The notes below the pieces were generated by a model. That model had not been told where the DNA came from. It did not search any database and saw only the letters and a list, made by a program, of their open reading frames with translations. A stretch of DNA of 63,792 nucleotides, filler included, from Pelomyxa schiedti (lineage: Eukaryota; Protista; Evosea), in assembly GCA_020536535.1 (NCBI GenBank). It is 8 parts of 8 records of this genome, joined end to end, with 100 filler letters (N's around TTAATTAATTAA, not from the genome) between each part and the next. Parts side by side here need not be neighbours in the genome. Positions count along the whole stretch, not along the records: positions 21,195 to 41,673 come from JAHLWZ010000778.1; positions 41,774 to 53,491 come from JAHLWZ010000316.1; 6 more parts are not named here. One strand, written 5' to 3'. The position numbers were made by a program, and so were the translations under genes. The number at the start of each line of letters is the position of its first letter. Within the stretch, counting starts at the first letter, position 1. Positions 38,517 through 50,955 of this stretch are shown piece by piece.

Positions 38517-40107
38517 ATGCAGGGCCACCTAGAAGCACCGGCACCCACAATGGCCATCAGCACCGCCGAGGGCCGAGCACCCCCGGGCGAGACTGCGACC
38601 GCGACCGAGACCGTGAGTGGGAGTGGGGAACAACAGCAGCTTGCGGGGCACAAGAGGCCGAGGCCGCGCGGTGGAGGTGGCGATGGTGGTGGGGATGGGG
38701 ACGAACANNNNNNNNNNNNNNNNNNNNNNNNNNNNNNNNNNNNNNNNNNNNNNNNNNNNNNNNNNNNNNNNNNNNNNNNNNNNNNNNNNNNNNNNNNNNN
38801 NNNNNNNGCGAGACTGCGACCGCGACCGAGACCGTGAGTGGGAGTGGGGAACAACAGCAGCTTGCGGGGCACAAGAGGCCGAGGCCGCGCGGTGGAGGTG
38901 GCGATGGTGGTGGGGATGGGGACGAACAGAATTATGGGAATAAGGTCGTGGCGAGTGTGACGTGTGATGTGTTGGTGTTGTTGCGTGGGTGTTTGTGTAC
39001 TAATGTGATTAAGCCTGTTGAGAGGGGAAAAGCACGTGATATGGTGTTACATGACAGGCAGGCTGAGCTAATTCACAGTGCCTCGGCTTACTTGTGCCAT
39101 ATGGCCAGTGATCTCGATAGGGTGAAGTCCTTTTAGTCCGCTATATCTCTTAAATCCCTATTGTCTACAGAATAAGGCAGAGCTTGAAGACGCGATCAAC
39201 ACTGAGATTGACTCACTTAAGAAGGCCCTGCACCATGTTCTGGATGAGAAGAAAGCTAATCTCTTGACTTCCATTGCCAAAAACCGTGATGTTTGCTGCC
39301 TCCAATATTTTTTAAGCTCAACACCCTGAAGGCTTCTTTACAAAAATTGAAACAGCTCAACTTAGCGGACTTTACTACTGAACAAAAAGTATCTTCTATT
39401 TATATCACACTTTATAATAACAAAGTGGTCAGCTTTATTGCCCCTGGAAGAGAATTGACGCAATGATGCAGAACGCAATTCAAGAGATATCTGTTGTATC
39501 CGGTGTGTCGTTACACACCTTTTTTGCATCCAATCAATCTGCGCAGGTACCAGCATACTGGACCTCCCTGTGTCCCTCGTGGCAAAAATCATGGAACACC
39601 TGGGTCCTTATCACTTGCTGCCCTTCCGTAAAATGTGCAAGCTTTTCCGCGATGCCATTACAAGAGGTGTATATATTTCCCTTTTTCCGGCATAACTCAT
39701 CACCATCAGCCTGCATCACACAGTGCTCTCTCAAGACAATTATACTCCATGAAAAATCAGATCACGGTGACCACTTCTCAATACAGGGGATCTCTGCCGA
39801 TGGTGATACTCTTGCAATACCAATGGCCGGATTCCAGCTGATTGCAGGAGTATCTGGTGATGGCAACAAACTCCTAGTTCACCTGCGTTTGAAATGGAGG
39901 AGGCTATATGCATCAGGAAAGAACATCATTCTAACGCTTACACCGTCGCCGGAAATGGAGCAGGAGGAACAGTCTGCATTCCTGTCAGTGTCAGACCTGT
40001 TTGCTATGAAAGAGGGCAAGCCCCACACCTTTGAATTCACGTATCCCCCAAAGATGTTGCCTGAACACTCAAACCTTGAACTGGACATTTTTGACTGCCC
40101 CGATTGA
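38517..40107 (+). CDS. F-box protein with an N-terminal coiled-coil region (multi-exon)
   Basis: Exon near 39547-39667 reads TSILDLPVSLVAKIMEHLGPYHLLPFRKMCKLFRDAI, an F-box pattern in a frame missed by the ORF track. Confidence 0.7.
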
Positions 40108-40194
40108 ACAAGCCAAGCCAAGGCAATCTTCTTTGCTTTGTAATGTAACCGGAAAAAAAAACTAAAGGTTGAGAAATCTTTTGAATTTTTTTGT

Positions 40195-41051
40195 TCAAAA
40201 CCTCATGCTGAAACCAAGACCAAAGCCACCCTTGCCAACACTGCATCCCCCAGTGGTAAATGCACATACTCTGGTTGTGCCGCAACATGTCAGAGCCACT
40301 TTAGCCGCTGTAGCAGCAATCTTTCCCACTCCAACCAGAACCTGCTCGGACTGGTGGCCAAACCCACACACCTCACTGCAAAAGTGCTCACAGTTGTTGA
40401 GAGCAGTCCACCCTCCCTCTCCGACCCTCCTCATGGCCTCCTGCGATGCCCCTGGACCCCCGTGGTGAACCAGCCACGCAGTCTTTCCAGAGTACTCTCC
40501 CCCGTCTTCAAGAACAACGCCGGGGGCACATCCGCGGAGTACGTGGAGATGGGTGCACCTCTGCCTGCTCACGAACTGGCCGTTGCCGACGTAGATGAAA
40601 TGGTGGTAGTAGAGGTCTCCATAGGGGCTTTCAGTCTTGAGCCAGTCGCCGGGTACAAGGTCGACGCCGCCAAGTGCGGCCGTGGTNNNNNNNNNNNNNN
40701 NNNNNNNNNNNNNNNNNNNNNNNNNNNNNNNNNNNNNNNNNNNNNNNNNNNNNNNNNNNNNNNNNNNNNNNNNNNNNNNNNNNNNNTGCTCACGAACTGG
40801 CCGTTGCCGACGTAGATGAAATGGTGGTAGTAGAGGTCTCCATAGGGGCTTTCAGTCTTGAGCCAGTCGCCGGGTACAAGGTCGACGCCGCCAAGTGCGG
40901 CCGTGGTTCCAGTGCTGCCGGTCAAGGGAACATGGCAGTCCCCACATTTCCAGGTGTCTCCCATCTCCATGTTTCCGTGCACGTGCAGTGATTTGTCCAC
41001 AAGTTCAGCAACAAGTTTGTGGCATGAAGGGCATGTAAGCCTTGTGGACAT
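40195..41051 (-). CDS. LRAT/HRASLS-like (permuted NlpC/P60) protein with N-terminal CxxC pairs
   Basis: PGD..YYHHFIYVGNG H-box and NNCEHF..QSEQV; CPSC and CGDC upstream; one ORF once the 121-bp gap overlap is collapsed. Confidence 0.88.
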
Positions 41052-41274
41052 GTTTGTTGTTTTGAAGCTTACTTTTTTGTTTGTCTGTCTGCTGTTGTTG
41101 ACCGGGTTTGTTGTACTTCTGATTTGTAGTTTTGTTGAGTATATAAATCCCCTCTGGTGTAATACCCAACGTCGTTTGAAATACCTGGGTAATACCCATT
41201 TTTTTCCCTTCTTTGTATTTTTGGTTTATCTTACCGGAAGATTTTGAAAAAACAACAAAGGTGAAACACGAGAC

Positions 41275-41279
41275 ATGTC

Positions 41280-41360
<81 letters not shown>

Positions 41361-41673
41361 GACGAATAAGGTACCCGATGGCACATACAGGTGCACAAGG
41401 CACGACATCACGGACGATTATGGCATTGGTAAGACATCGAATTTAGCTGCCTGCATGGCCGATCACCCAGGCGACGTTGTCTGGTACTGCAAAGTAAAAG
41501 GCTGCGAGAACTGCCTAACGCCGCACAAAAAGAGGCAGAGGCACCGCGACCTCCACGGTTTTCGAGCTAAGAAGAGGGGAAACCACTCCGCCAAAAGACC
41601 CCGTAAGATAGTTCGAACAGACGGTACCGGTGCCCGTGCTCATACCAGTACTAGTACTACCGCCATTACAACC
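41275..41673 (+). CDS. Partial poly-Asp protein with a C2H2-like motif
   Basis: MS(D)26E, then YCKVKGC...HRDLH; open to the scaffold end. Confidence 0.45.
41281..41358. repeat. Perfect (GAT)26 microsatellite
   Basis: Directly visible. Confidence 0.97.
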
Positions 41674-42119
41674 NNNNNNNNNNNNNNNNNNNNNNNNNNN
41701 NNNNNNNNNNNNNNNNNTTAATTAATTAANNNNNNNNNNNNNNNNNNNNNNNNNNNNNNNNNNNNNNNNNNNNCTCTGTGTGATCCCGGTGACCATTTTC
41801 TCCTCCTTTCCTACTTAGGTTGCCCATCAGAGACATTCTCCAGGCACCTGTACTTCTTACCCCTCACATGTATTAAAGCTCCCACCAACACACCAAATCA
41901 ACAACTACAACACAGCACCACACCACCTTCCTCCTCCCTGTAAAAAAAGAAATGCTAGTATTCTAGGAACTTTTTTCCACAAAATTGAGTTCTTGTTTGT
42001 GATGTGAGAGTGGTGAACAGGGTTGGGAATGATGAGTGGTGGTGGGCGCAGCGGAGGTTGGTTGGGCTTGGGGGTTGGGTGTCAGATGCATCTATCAACA
42101 GTGGTGTCTATACATGAGG

Positions 42120-42904
42120 TCAGGGCCTGGTCAGGTCCGCACCACCAGGGTAAGCACAACATGGGGTTCCAAGGTAGTGTGCCTGCCGGAGCCTCTTCAC
42201 GATGTCAATAACCGATGTTCCGGTTGTTCGTGTCTGCACATGTTGAAATTCGGTAGTACCTGCTGGCCCTGGTCCAGCAACAAATCTAGTTTTATGGTGT
42301 AAGAGTGAAGGGTGAATCAAAAAACAGAAACACACTGCTGGCACTGGATCTGTGAGTTCAAGACCATAAGGAGCTCCACGGCCATGTGTGTGTGCTCGGT
42401 TGCGGTGTTTATCCGGACAATGAAGCTTCTCTCATCGGCTTTGTGCAAAATCCTGCAGATGTCTTCTTGGGTGGCGAAGGGGAGAAACCAGATTTGATGA
42501 CACAATTCATTCATCTGAGCGGTTTGTTTGTTTGTGTGGTAAGTGTGATGATTAATTGTGGCCAAAGGAGTGAAGGCATACCGATGCCAACCAGTATTGT
42601 TCCAAAGTTATCCCGATCCACTTGTGGATGTTTCCGAAACGAGATGGAGTGACCTCCTCTTGCGCGTTTGCTGGGAGTTTGGGTTATTGTAAGCAAGGTC
42701 GTGCTTAGAGAAGCGTACCAAACAGCCTCTTGCTATCGCGGATGTCCCAGTTCACAACTTTCAGAAAAGTGCAGATACGCAACGAGAACACGTTCCATTT
42801 CACGTTCACTGACACTCCAAACTGATTGAACCAGAAGTTTCTCAAATCTGCCCAAGGTATATCCAGTTCTTCTATCCTCATTTTGATCAGTCTTGTCAGA
42901 ACCT
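42120..42904 (-). CDS. 3' part (SH2-like end) of a second SHK-like kinase copy
   Basis: 41774-42904 is nearly identical, with SNPs and indels, to about 43652-44806. Confidence 0.75.
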
Positions 42905-44000
42905 NNNNNNNNNNNNNNNNNNNNNNNNNNNNNNNNNNNNNNNNNNNNNNNNNNNNNNNNNNNNNNNNNNNNNNNNNNNNNNNNNNNNNNNNNNNNNNNN
43001 NNNNGATACGTTCCAACAATCAGGACCCTGCTGGAGGAGGGAGACTGCGATGTCAATGAGAGGAGAAATGATCGCCTGTAATTGATACTTTCTCCTTTCT
43101 ATTTTTCTTCTCACTTTTTCGTTTGTAGAGGGAGAGTTTTCTTGATAATGGAATATCACGCCCAAGTTGATGCCAATGTCCTGAAAGTACATGAAGAAAA
43201 AGATCCTATAACAGAGGAAGCCCGAATCTCTTGGTATTCCTGCCAAGTTCTTGGTTCTAACCTCCTTTGTGCCAACTACCATTGCTAAACTTTCACCATT
43301 CCTTCAAAATGTTGGTGCTGAGTGCATCATCCGAGTTGTCTATCTTTGACACATTGTTTCCTGGTCTCCAAGAAAGTTTTCTCCTTGGTCATTACCGTAT
43401 GCATCAATGATATTTATTTAATTAATGGGCAACAGACCGACAGCGGGTTCAGCCCAGCGCCTGAACAATGGCAAACGTGACTCCATTTTGTGGAAGCCAG
43501 CACGCACGGGCTTCTTTGTGGCTGGTGCTGGATTGGATTCCATCAGTCGATTGTCTGAATTTTCTACTGTCATAAGGGAGGTTGCTTGGAGCAACCTTGC
43601 GGCCTAATAAAGGATTCGCGCTTTTCACAGTATTGTTAACAGAACCTCTTCTCTGTGTGATCCCGGTGACCATTTTCTCCTCCTTTCCTACTTAGGTTGC
43701 CCATCAGAGACATTCTCCAGGCACCTGTACTTCTTACCCCTCACATGTATTAAAGCTCCCACCAACACACCGAATCAACGACTACAACACAGCACCACAC
43801 CACCTTCCTCCTCCCTGTAAAAAAAGAGAAATGCTAGTATTCTAGGAACCCACTTTTTTTTCCACAAAATTGAGTTCTTGCTGTGATGTGGGAGTGGTGA
43901 ACAGGGTTGGTTATGAGTGGTGGTGGGTGCAGCGGAGGTTGGTTGGGCTTGGGGGTTGGGTGTCAGATGCATCTATCAACAGTGGTGTCTCTTCATTTGG

Positions 44001-47000
44001 TCAGGGCCTGGTCAGGTCCGCACCACCAGGGTAAGCACAACATGGGGTTCCAAGGTAGTGTGCCTGACGGAGCCTCTTCACGATGTCAATAACCGATGTT
44101 CCGGTTGTTCGTGTCTGCACATGTTGAAATTCGGTAGTACCTGTTGGCCCTGGTCCGGCAACAAATCTAGTTTTATGGTGTAAGAGTGAAGGGTGAATCA
44201 CAACCAAAAAACAGAAACACACTGCTGGCACTGGATCTGTGAGTTCAAGACCAGAAGGAGCTCCACGGCCATGTGTGTGTGCTCGGTTGCGGTGTTTATC
44301 CTGACAATGAAGCTTCTCTCATCGGCTTTGTGCAAAATCCTGCAGATGTCTTCTTGGGTGGCGAAGGGGAGAAACCAGATTTGATGACACAATTCATTCA
44401 TCTGAGCGGTTTTGTTTGTGTGGTAAGTAAGTGTGATGATTAATTGTGGTGGCCAAAGGAGTGAAGGCATACCGACGCCAACCAGTATTGTTCCAAAGTT
44501 ATCCCGATCCACTTGTGGATGTTTCCGAAACGAGATGGAGTGACCTCCTCTTGCGCGTTTGCTGGGAGTTTGGGTTATTTGTAAGCAAAGTAAGGTCTTC
44601 TCGTGCTTAGAGAAGCGTACCAAACAGCCTCTTGCTATCGCGGATGTCCCAGTTCACGACTTTCAGAAAAGTGCAGATACGTAATGAGAACACGTTCCAT
44701 TTCACGTTCACTGACACTCCAAACTGATTGAACCAGAAGTTTCTCAAATCTGCCCAAGGTATATCCAGTTCTTCTATCCTCATTTTGATCAGTCTTGTCA
44801 GAACCTCGTCAACGTCGGGTCTCTTTTTTTTTGAATAAATAGATCATCGAGAGAAGGAGCCAAGAAGATTATTTCTTACCATGGAAGGTGCAGAATGCCA
44901 CATTTCCGTAATGAGATCCACCTTGTTTTTATGAACAGGGGTTTCCGATTGATTGATTGAGTCTCAAGAAGAAAAGTATTTACAACCACTCATATACCAG
45001 GGCACCGGGAGTCTTGACGTTACCCTCCTCGCAAGTGATGAACTCGGGGATGTCGGGTCGCTTGTTATGCTTGCAGACAGCATCCTTCAGCTGATATGTG
45101 TCTTGACAATTCTTGAACGGTGCTTCTCTTGATATCAGCTCGTTTAAGGACATTCCCAGGGCGTAGCTTTTTTTGGGGAGAAGGTATTGTTAATTAATAT
45201 TAATTACCCATCACTCGTCTTGGGGTTGCTTTTACATGTCTCCTGGGAGTGACTGCGGTTCCTTCTTCTCGTAATCATGGAGCTCAGCCAGCAACTCCGG
45301 ACTCATGTGTGTTGCTGGTGACGAGAGTGAGTAGGTGGTGTTGTTGTGGGCTTGAGTTGTTTCGAGTGCGTTGTTGGGGGAAAAGTTATTCTATTTTATT
45401 TGATTTGATTTGATTTGATTGAAAGTAAGGAAGCAAGCCAGCCATACGTGTTCCTTCCCCTGTGGCCTTGTCCACTCTGGTTTTTCCTGGTGTCAACCTC
45501 TTGGCAAAACCGAAGTCCGCTAACTAAATGAGTTCAGTGTTTATGTTAGAGACACATTGGTATATACGCACTTTGATAACGCCATCCTTGTCCATCAAAA
45601 AGTTTCCACTCTTTATATCACTGGTATGTTTGGAATAAGTTGTGCTATTATTATGGTTTGTTTGGATTTTTGTACCCATGAATGATCCGATGCAACACAT
45701 GTAGGCACCAAATGCTGGAAACCTAATAATAACATGAGTGAGTGTGGTTTGTGTGGGTTAGGAGGGCAGTCGTGATGTGAGTGAGCACTGGTGCTGGGGA
45801 ACAAATATATATATGGGTGGGGATATGGCTGAGGGAAGGATGGAGTGAGTTACCATTCCAACGGCTATATCCCATATTTGAACTAGCTCCAGAACAACTG
45901 ACTCTGGTCCACAGATTAGCTCCTTAAGGCTGCACTTCATCTCCGGCATGACCAGCAGGATGAAGTGTTTTGTTTGTCCAGTTTTTTTAGAGACTTTGTT
46001 GTAAAGGGAATAACCTGAAGGAAAAGAAAAAACCAAGAAGAAGAGGGAGTCAGGGATCAGTGGTGTTTTTATTGTGGGGACTCATGCCAAGTAAAGACAC
46101 TATGTTGTCATCGTGAACACTCCTGAAACGCACAGGGGTGAGTGAGAATATTTGATGGGAGGTGTGAAACAAGCAAGTACGCACTGCAGGAGATTTGCCT
46201 CGATTGCGACTTTATCCCCCTCGCTGGCTGGAATTCTTTTGACCGCACAACGTCGCGTCAGCATGCTGGCTGCAGGGGGAGGAGAGAAAAAAAAGAGGGA
46301 AAGGGAAGGTGTGGTAAGATACAGGGCGAAATGAAAGAACAAACACATGAAAAAAATGGGGAAAAAAAAAAAGTGATATAAGTACACAGGAAAACAAACA
46401 AACAAACAAGGAATAATACAATTAGATAGATAGAATACCCCCCCATACCAGGGAACACTTTTCCGAATGTGCCTTTTCCAATTGCCTTGGAGTCAATGCA
46501 GAGTTGGTCTGTGGGAACGTACCCAGAAATGGTGACTACGGGACTTCCAAAGAGTACACCAGCAGTAGCGGCATATCCATATCCATAACCGCATGCAAAT
46601 GCCCCGGGACGGGGGATGACATTTCTCCCAACGAAGTTGGATCCCAAACTCGCCGTGACGGAGGCTGCAGAAGAAAGTGGCTGCTGTTGAACCCCCTCAA
46701 CCAAAGAAGAAGAAGACTGGTGGTGGTCATCATGAACAACAACAACATCGACTTGTGGATCCGGAATTGTAGGGGTAGTGGCGGTAGTGGCAGTAGTGGT
46801 TGCTGTTGTGGTTGTGTCAAAGTGCTGCTGTGGTGGTTCCTGTTGCTGGTGGTTTACACGCGATTCGTAGCCACCATCGTCACACTGCTGTTGCTGCTGC
46901 TGCTGCTGTAAATACATGTCCATATCAACATCATCTACTACAACGGGATCAACAACAACCTCAGGCAGGTGCGGGGGCGGCTGTGGCCCTGGCGGCGCTG

Positions 47001-47658
47001 GTGGCTGAGTGTACACTCCAGAGTACTGCTGCTGCTGTTGTTGTTGTTGTGTCGGTGCCAGCAGTTGAGGAGGAGTCCGATGAGGCCATGTAGTCCCCGT
47101 AGTCGCAAGCACACCGCCATAAGAGGAGGGGGAGGGAGGCGGAGCGGGGGTTAAGAGGGGAGTGGGAGCGGGAGCGGGAGTTGTGTTGTTGGCGTGCTGG
47201 TAGCAGTAGCGCCAAGCACCCCGGCCGTCGTTGCTCTGGCTGTGCCCTGCGCCCGTATCCACGCTGCTTGTTTCCGCCCGGCGGCGGGGCTGGGGAGCTG
47301 CTGCTGCTGGTGCCGAGGCGGCGGAGGCCTTGGTCCTCCTCGGTGCCCACGTAAGAGTCACAGCACCCCACCGCGGGGGGTTGTCGCGGAAGAACTTGAA
47401 CGCGTCCTCGTTGTCAAAAACAAATTTGACCTGATGAGGGCGGTCGGTCTTTAGTATCTTGGAGCTGGGAGCAGAAAGTTATATAGGCACTGCGGAACGG
47501 CAATTCAAAAAATAAAATGGTTGGGGAGGAGAGGTGCCAGATACTAACACATACACGTGTATTGATGCGTCCGCGAAAATCGAATACAGAAGAGCGCGGA
47601 TTTCGGGCACGGTCTTCGGTACTTTGATGTCCTCGTCCGTAAGCAGCTCCCACGTCAT
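44001..47658 (-). CDS. TKL protein kinase with C-terminal degenerate SH2 (Dictyostelium SHK-like architecture) and Q/P-rich N-terminus
   Basis: IGKGTFGKVF, CAVKRI, IIHGDIKSGNFL, ADFGFAK, HMSPE, RPDIP; SH2-like WFLPFATQED..SFIVR..SVIDIV..LGTPC. Confidence 0.85.
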
Positions 47659-49173
47659 TTAGCTGTGCGGTATTTTTTTTTGTTGTGTCGCGGCACCTCC
47701 GATTTTTTTTTCTTTTTGACTTTGGTTTTTTTTTCCCTTTTTAAGCCCGAAGACTGAAATTACTGGTTTTCGTGAAGCCCTCAGTGCTACGAAGCACTCT
47801 TTTTTTACCTCTGATTTTTTCTTTCTTGGTACAAAAACACCGGAGATAGAAATTATTGCAAGGGTGAAGGTATACGATATCTCGAGGAAACATTGCTCCC
47901 CTTTGAGGATAACCCTCTTTAATGCTTATACACAGACACAGTCTCTGTTGTGTAACCGGACGGACTGGCTTCAGAACTCACATTAACATTTCTCTCAATG
48001 AGCATTAGTATCTTCAGTTTCACTTTTCGAGGGCAGTGGCTAAAATTACTGGTTTTTGTGAAGCCCTTGTGGTGCTACGAAGTACCCCTTTTCTTGATGT
48101 ATCAAGGTAGTCAGTCATCCACTGCTATTCAATAGGATAACCCTATTTTATAATGAACTTATATTTTTACACAAAGGAAGAGTCACTGCCGTGTAACCGG
48201 ACCGACTGCCTTCAGAGAATTCACAATACATTGTTATCTTCATGGAGCCAAACCGTTCACGAACGAAGGTGCCCCTGACAGCAGCATACAAACCCCAGCC
48301 AACAACGCAACTGTCGCATGCCTCCTACCAATCTCCAAACAAATTGCCAATGTTACTTTTTTTTTGGGAGTAATTTACAAAGGCAAGCTCATTTTCTTCT
48401 TCCTTTTTAATGGGTGAGAAGTAGTGATGCTGCTGCGAGAATGAATGCCTGTGTGCACCTCCTGCTGGAACTGGCTGTAACATTGTATTGAAAAGAGTCC
48501 CTCCCACTGTCTAGGAAAGGGTAAATGTAATCTTTGACGGGGCACATTCAAGGAGAAGTCGGAACAAAACAAAAAAACCCTGGTTTAAATGGGCTTCATA
48601 GAGGAGGCTTCTGTTCGTGAATATATGGAAATCCTCTTCTTGAAACCAAAATGTATCTGGGAAACGTTGCATAAAACTTGGAGCTTTACCTCTGTTTCGT
48701 TGCCCCTTCAATCTCCAGGCAGTTTCTAAGTAACAATATTATTGATGGAGTAGAAAGATGTAACATACATGCAGATGTGAATACTTGCAGGGGAAGTTCC
48801 CAAACCTTCATAGGGAGAGAAATATAAGAGATGGAAAACAAGAAAAGGAGGGAGAAATGCTTGTGAAAAAAAAAAAGGGGGATTCCTTTGGGGACTGTGA
48901 GTTGTGTATTGCGCGGCTTGGTCTGTGCCTGTATATTCGACACACAGCGTGCCGCGAGTTGTTTTGATTTGCACAATTGAAACCACAAACACGTGAGAGT
49001 TCCAACACGCACTACCCCAGTTGCACCGTGCCCTTATATACAGGCCCTTTTTCACAGCCACAACCCGGTAACGCACACAAACACACGACACTGTCGCGCC
49101 CCCGCACCGCACACGACTGCTGCTTGCTGCTGACGTGTTGAGTGGGTTTTTTTCGAACATGTGGCAGGAAGCA

Positions 49174-49684
49174 TAGAGCACCGATGCTTAAAGGCCGAGT
49201 GGGAAAAAATAGAGCATGGTTAATCTTTTGTGCGGTGGATGTTTCGAGCTACTACTGAAGTTATCAGAATTGCGTAACGGCCCACCGCGATTTTTAATTA
49301 CGCATCGGCTTATGATTCAAACGAAGGTGTGAAGAGCAACTGGAGTACGATGCACTACACCATGGCCGTGTTGCCTTATCGACGTAGACCACACGGAAAG
49401 ATGGACACATTCCGTAAACGATGCCCAGCGTTTCTGTGCCACCAAACAGGCAGCAAGACCCAATAATGGTACTCCAGCATTCACCCAACAGAGTGGCACA
49501 CCAACACAGGTGACTGCATGGTAACCGACACACCGGGGCCTGGGCTCCAACTGCTCCACCACTAACTTGGTGTAGGCCGATCTGTAAGACACCGTGTCCA
49601 AAACAGACCGTGGGCCCAGTAAACCCAGATATGGTATGCTTGTTCGACTTTTTCCCCCTGCTCGGATTAAGCATCGCTGCTCTA
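49174..49684. mobile_element. MITE-like element with imperfect ~45-bp terminal inverted repeats
   Basis: Left TAGAGCACCGATGCTTAA..CCGAG..GGGAAAAA; right TTTTTCCC..CTCGG.TTAAGCATCGCTGCTCTA; no TSD found. Confidence 0.55.
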
Positions 49685-49852
49685 AGCGCCGGGCTTTTGT
49701 TGTTGTGTTTGCCGACAAGTCCAACGAAAAAGAAAAAAAAGAACAGGTATTTGAAAAGAGAAATTTTATTATCGTTACTTCCGTGGTTTTCCCTATCTGG
49801 GCTATGAGACAGAATGTGAGAAGAAAAACAAAATAATAGAAAAAAAAAGGAA

Positions 49853-50139
49853 GCATCCCCGTGAGGGTGACACCAAAATAATGGGAAAAAAAAACGAAGT
49901 ATCCCCGTGAGGGTGACACCGAAACAATCGAAAAAAGTATCCCCGTGAGGGTGACACCAAAATAATGGGAAAAAAAAAGGAAGCATCCCCGTGAGGGTGA
50001 CACCGAAACAATCGAAAAAAGTATCCCCGTGAGGGTGACACCGAAACGAGAAAAACCAAAATAAAATAAGGCATCCCCGTGAGGGTGACACCAAAATAAT
50101 AATGAAAAAAAAAGGGAAGCATCCCCGTGAGGGTGACAC
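49853..50139 (-). repeat. Seven 21-bp hairpin repeats with 17-29 bp A-rich (plus-strand) spacers
   Basis: GYATCCCCGTGAGGGTGACAC at 49853, 49899, 49937, 49983, 50021, 50071 and 50119. Confidence 0.95.
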
Positions 50140-50509
50140 TTCCCTTGCAAACGAGAAAAAAAAGAAAAGAAAAAGAAAAAAAAGAGGGGAAGAACCAAAC
50201 CCATGTGTCGTGGTGCCCTCTCATCTCGTTTCTCATGATGGTCGTGTTGTTGTTGCTCCCACTGACTGATCTTTTTCTCCATGTCGCTCCTTCTCCTTGG
50301 TTTTTGTATAATATTTTTTTTGAACTTATGCGATCAACGGTCCTTATAAATCCCACTTTCGACGTGTCCCTTGAAATTTTCTCAGTTGCTTCAGTTGCCC
50401 TTAAGAAGAGCGAGTAGCGGATCGAGCTGTGTTTTCTATTCCTCTATCTATTCCATAAATGGAAGGAACCCCTCACCTCAGAGATGATAGTGTGGTTTTC
50501 TGCCGGATT

Positions 50510-50855
50510 TCAGGCGGGATCAACGTAGGCATTTTTGTTCTAAAGGGATTACTTAACTCACTTTCTTAGAGAAGGTCTAAAGTTCAAACTTTTTTTGGTT
50601 TGGTCTTCTCTGGGACATCTTCTTCAGCTGGTTCGAACTCCTCTTCTGGTGCATCAAAATCCGCATCAACTTCATCCTCAGAAGATTCTACAACAGGATT
50701 ATAAATAGTACACACGATATAAGGAAAAACCCTGACCCGCTTCAGAAAATTCTGCATCCTCAGCATCCTCGTTCCACAGGTCTGCCGACCAAAACAAGTC
50801 ATCCGCCTCAATTTCGTCCCCAAGCAACTCCTTCATTCTGAGAGTGTCGTGAGTG
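50510..50855 (-). pseudogene. VPS72: VPS72/YL1 (SWR1 subunit) N-terminal fragment, truncated
   Basis: RMKELLGDEIEADDLFW..EDAEDAEF..EDEVDADFDAPE..KNAYVDPA*, with introns; stop far before the expected YL1_C domain. Confidence 0.7.
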
Positions 50856-50955
50856 NNNNNNNNNNNNNNNNNNNNNNNNNNNNNNNNNNNNNNNNNNNNN
50901 NNNNNNNNNNNNNNNNNNNNNNNNNNNNNNNNNNNNNNNNNNNNNNNNNNNNNNN

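Noticed and set aside
38587-38927. Tandem duplication in the F-box gene
   Set aside because: Exact 121-bp overlap on each side of an N-gap; assembly artefact
40566-40906. Duplicated H-box in the LRAT gene
   Set aside because: Same exact 121-bp gap overlap; artefact
49853-50139. CRISPR array
   Set aside because: Spacers are short, low-complexity and mutually related (two identical); no cas genes; eukaryotic context
49294-50356. Long Phe-rich ORFs in three minus-strand frames
   Set aside because: Produced by the stop-free repeat array; no coding signature
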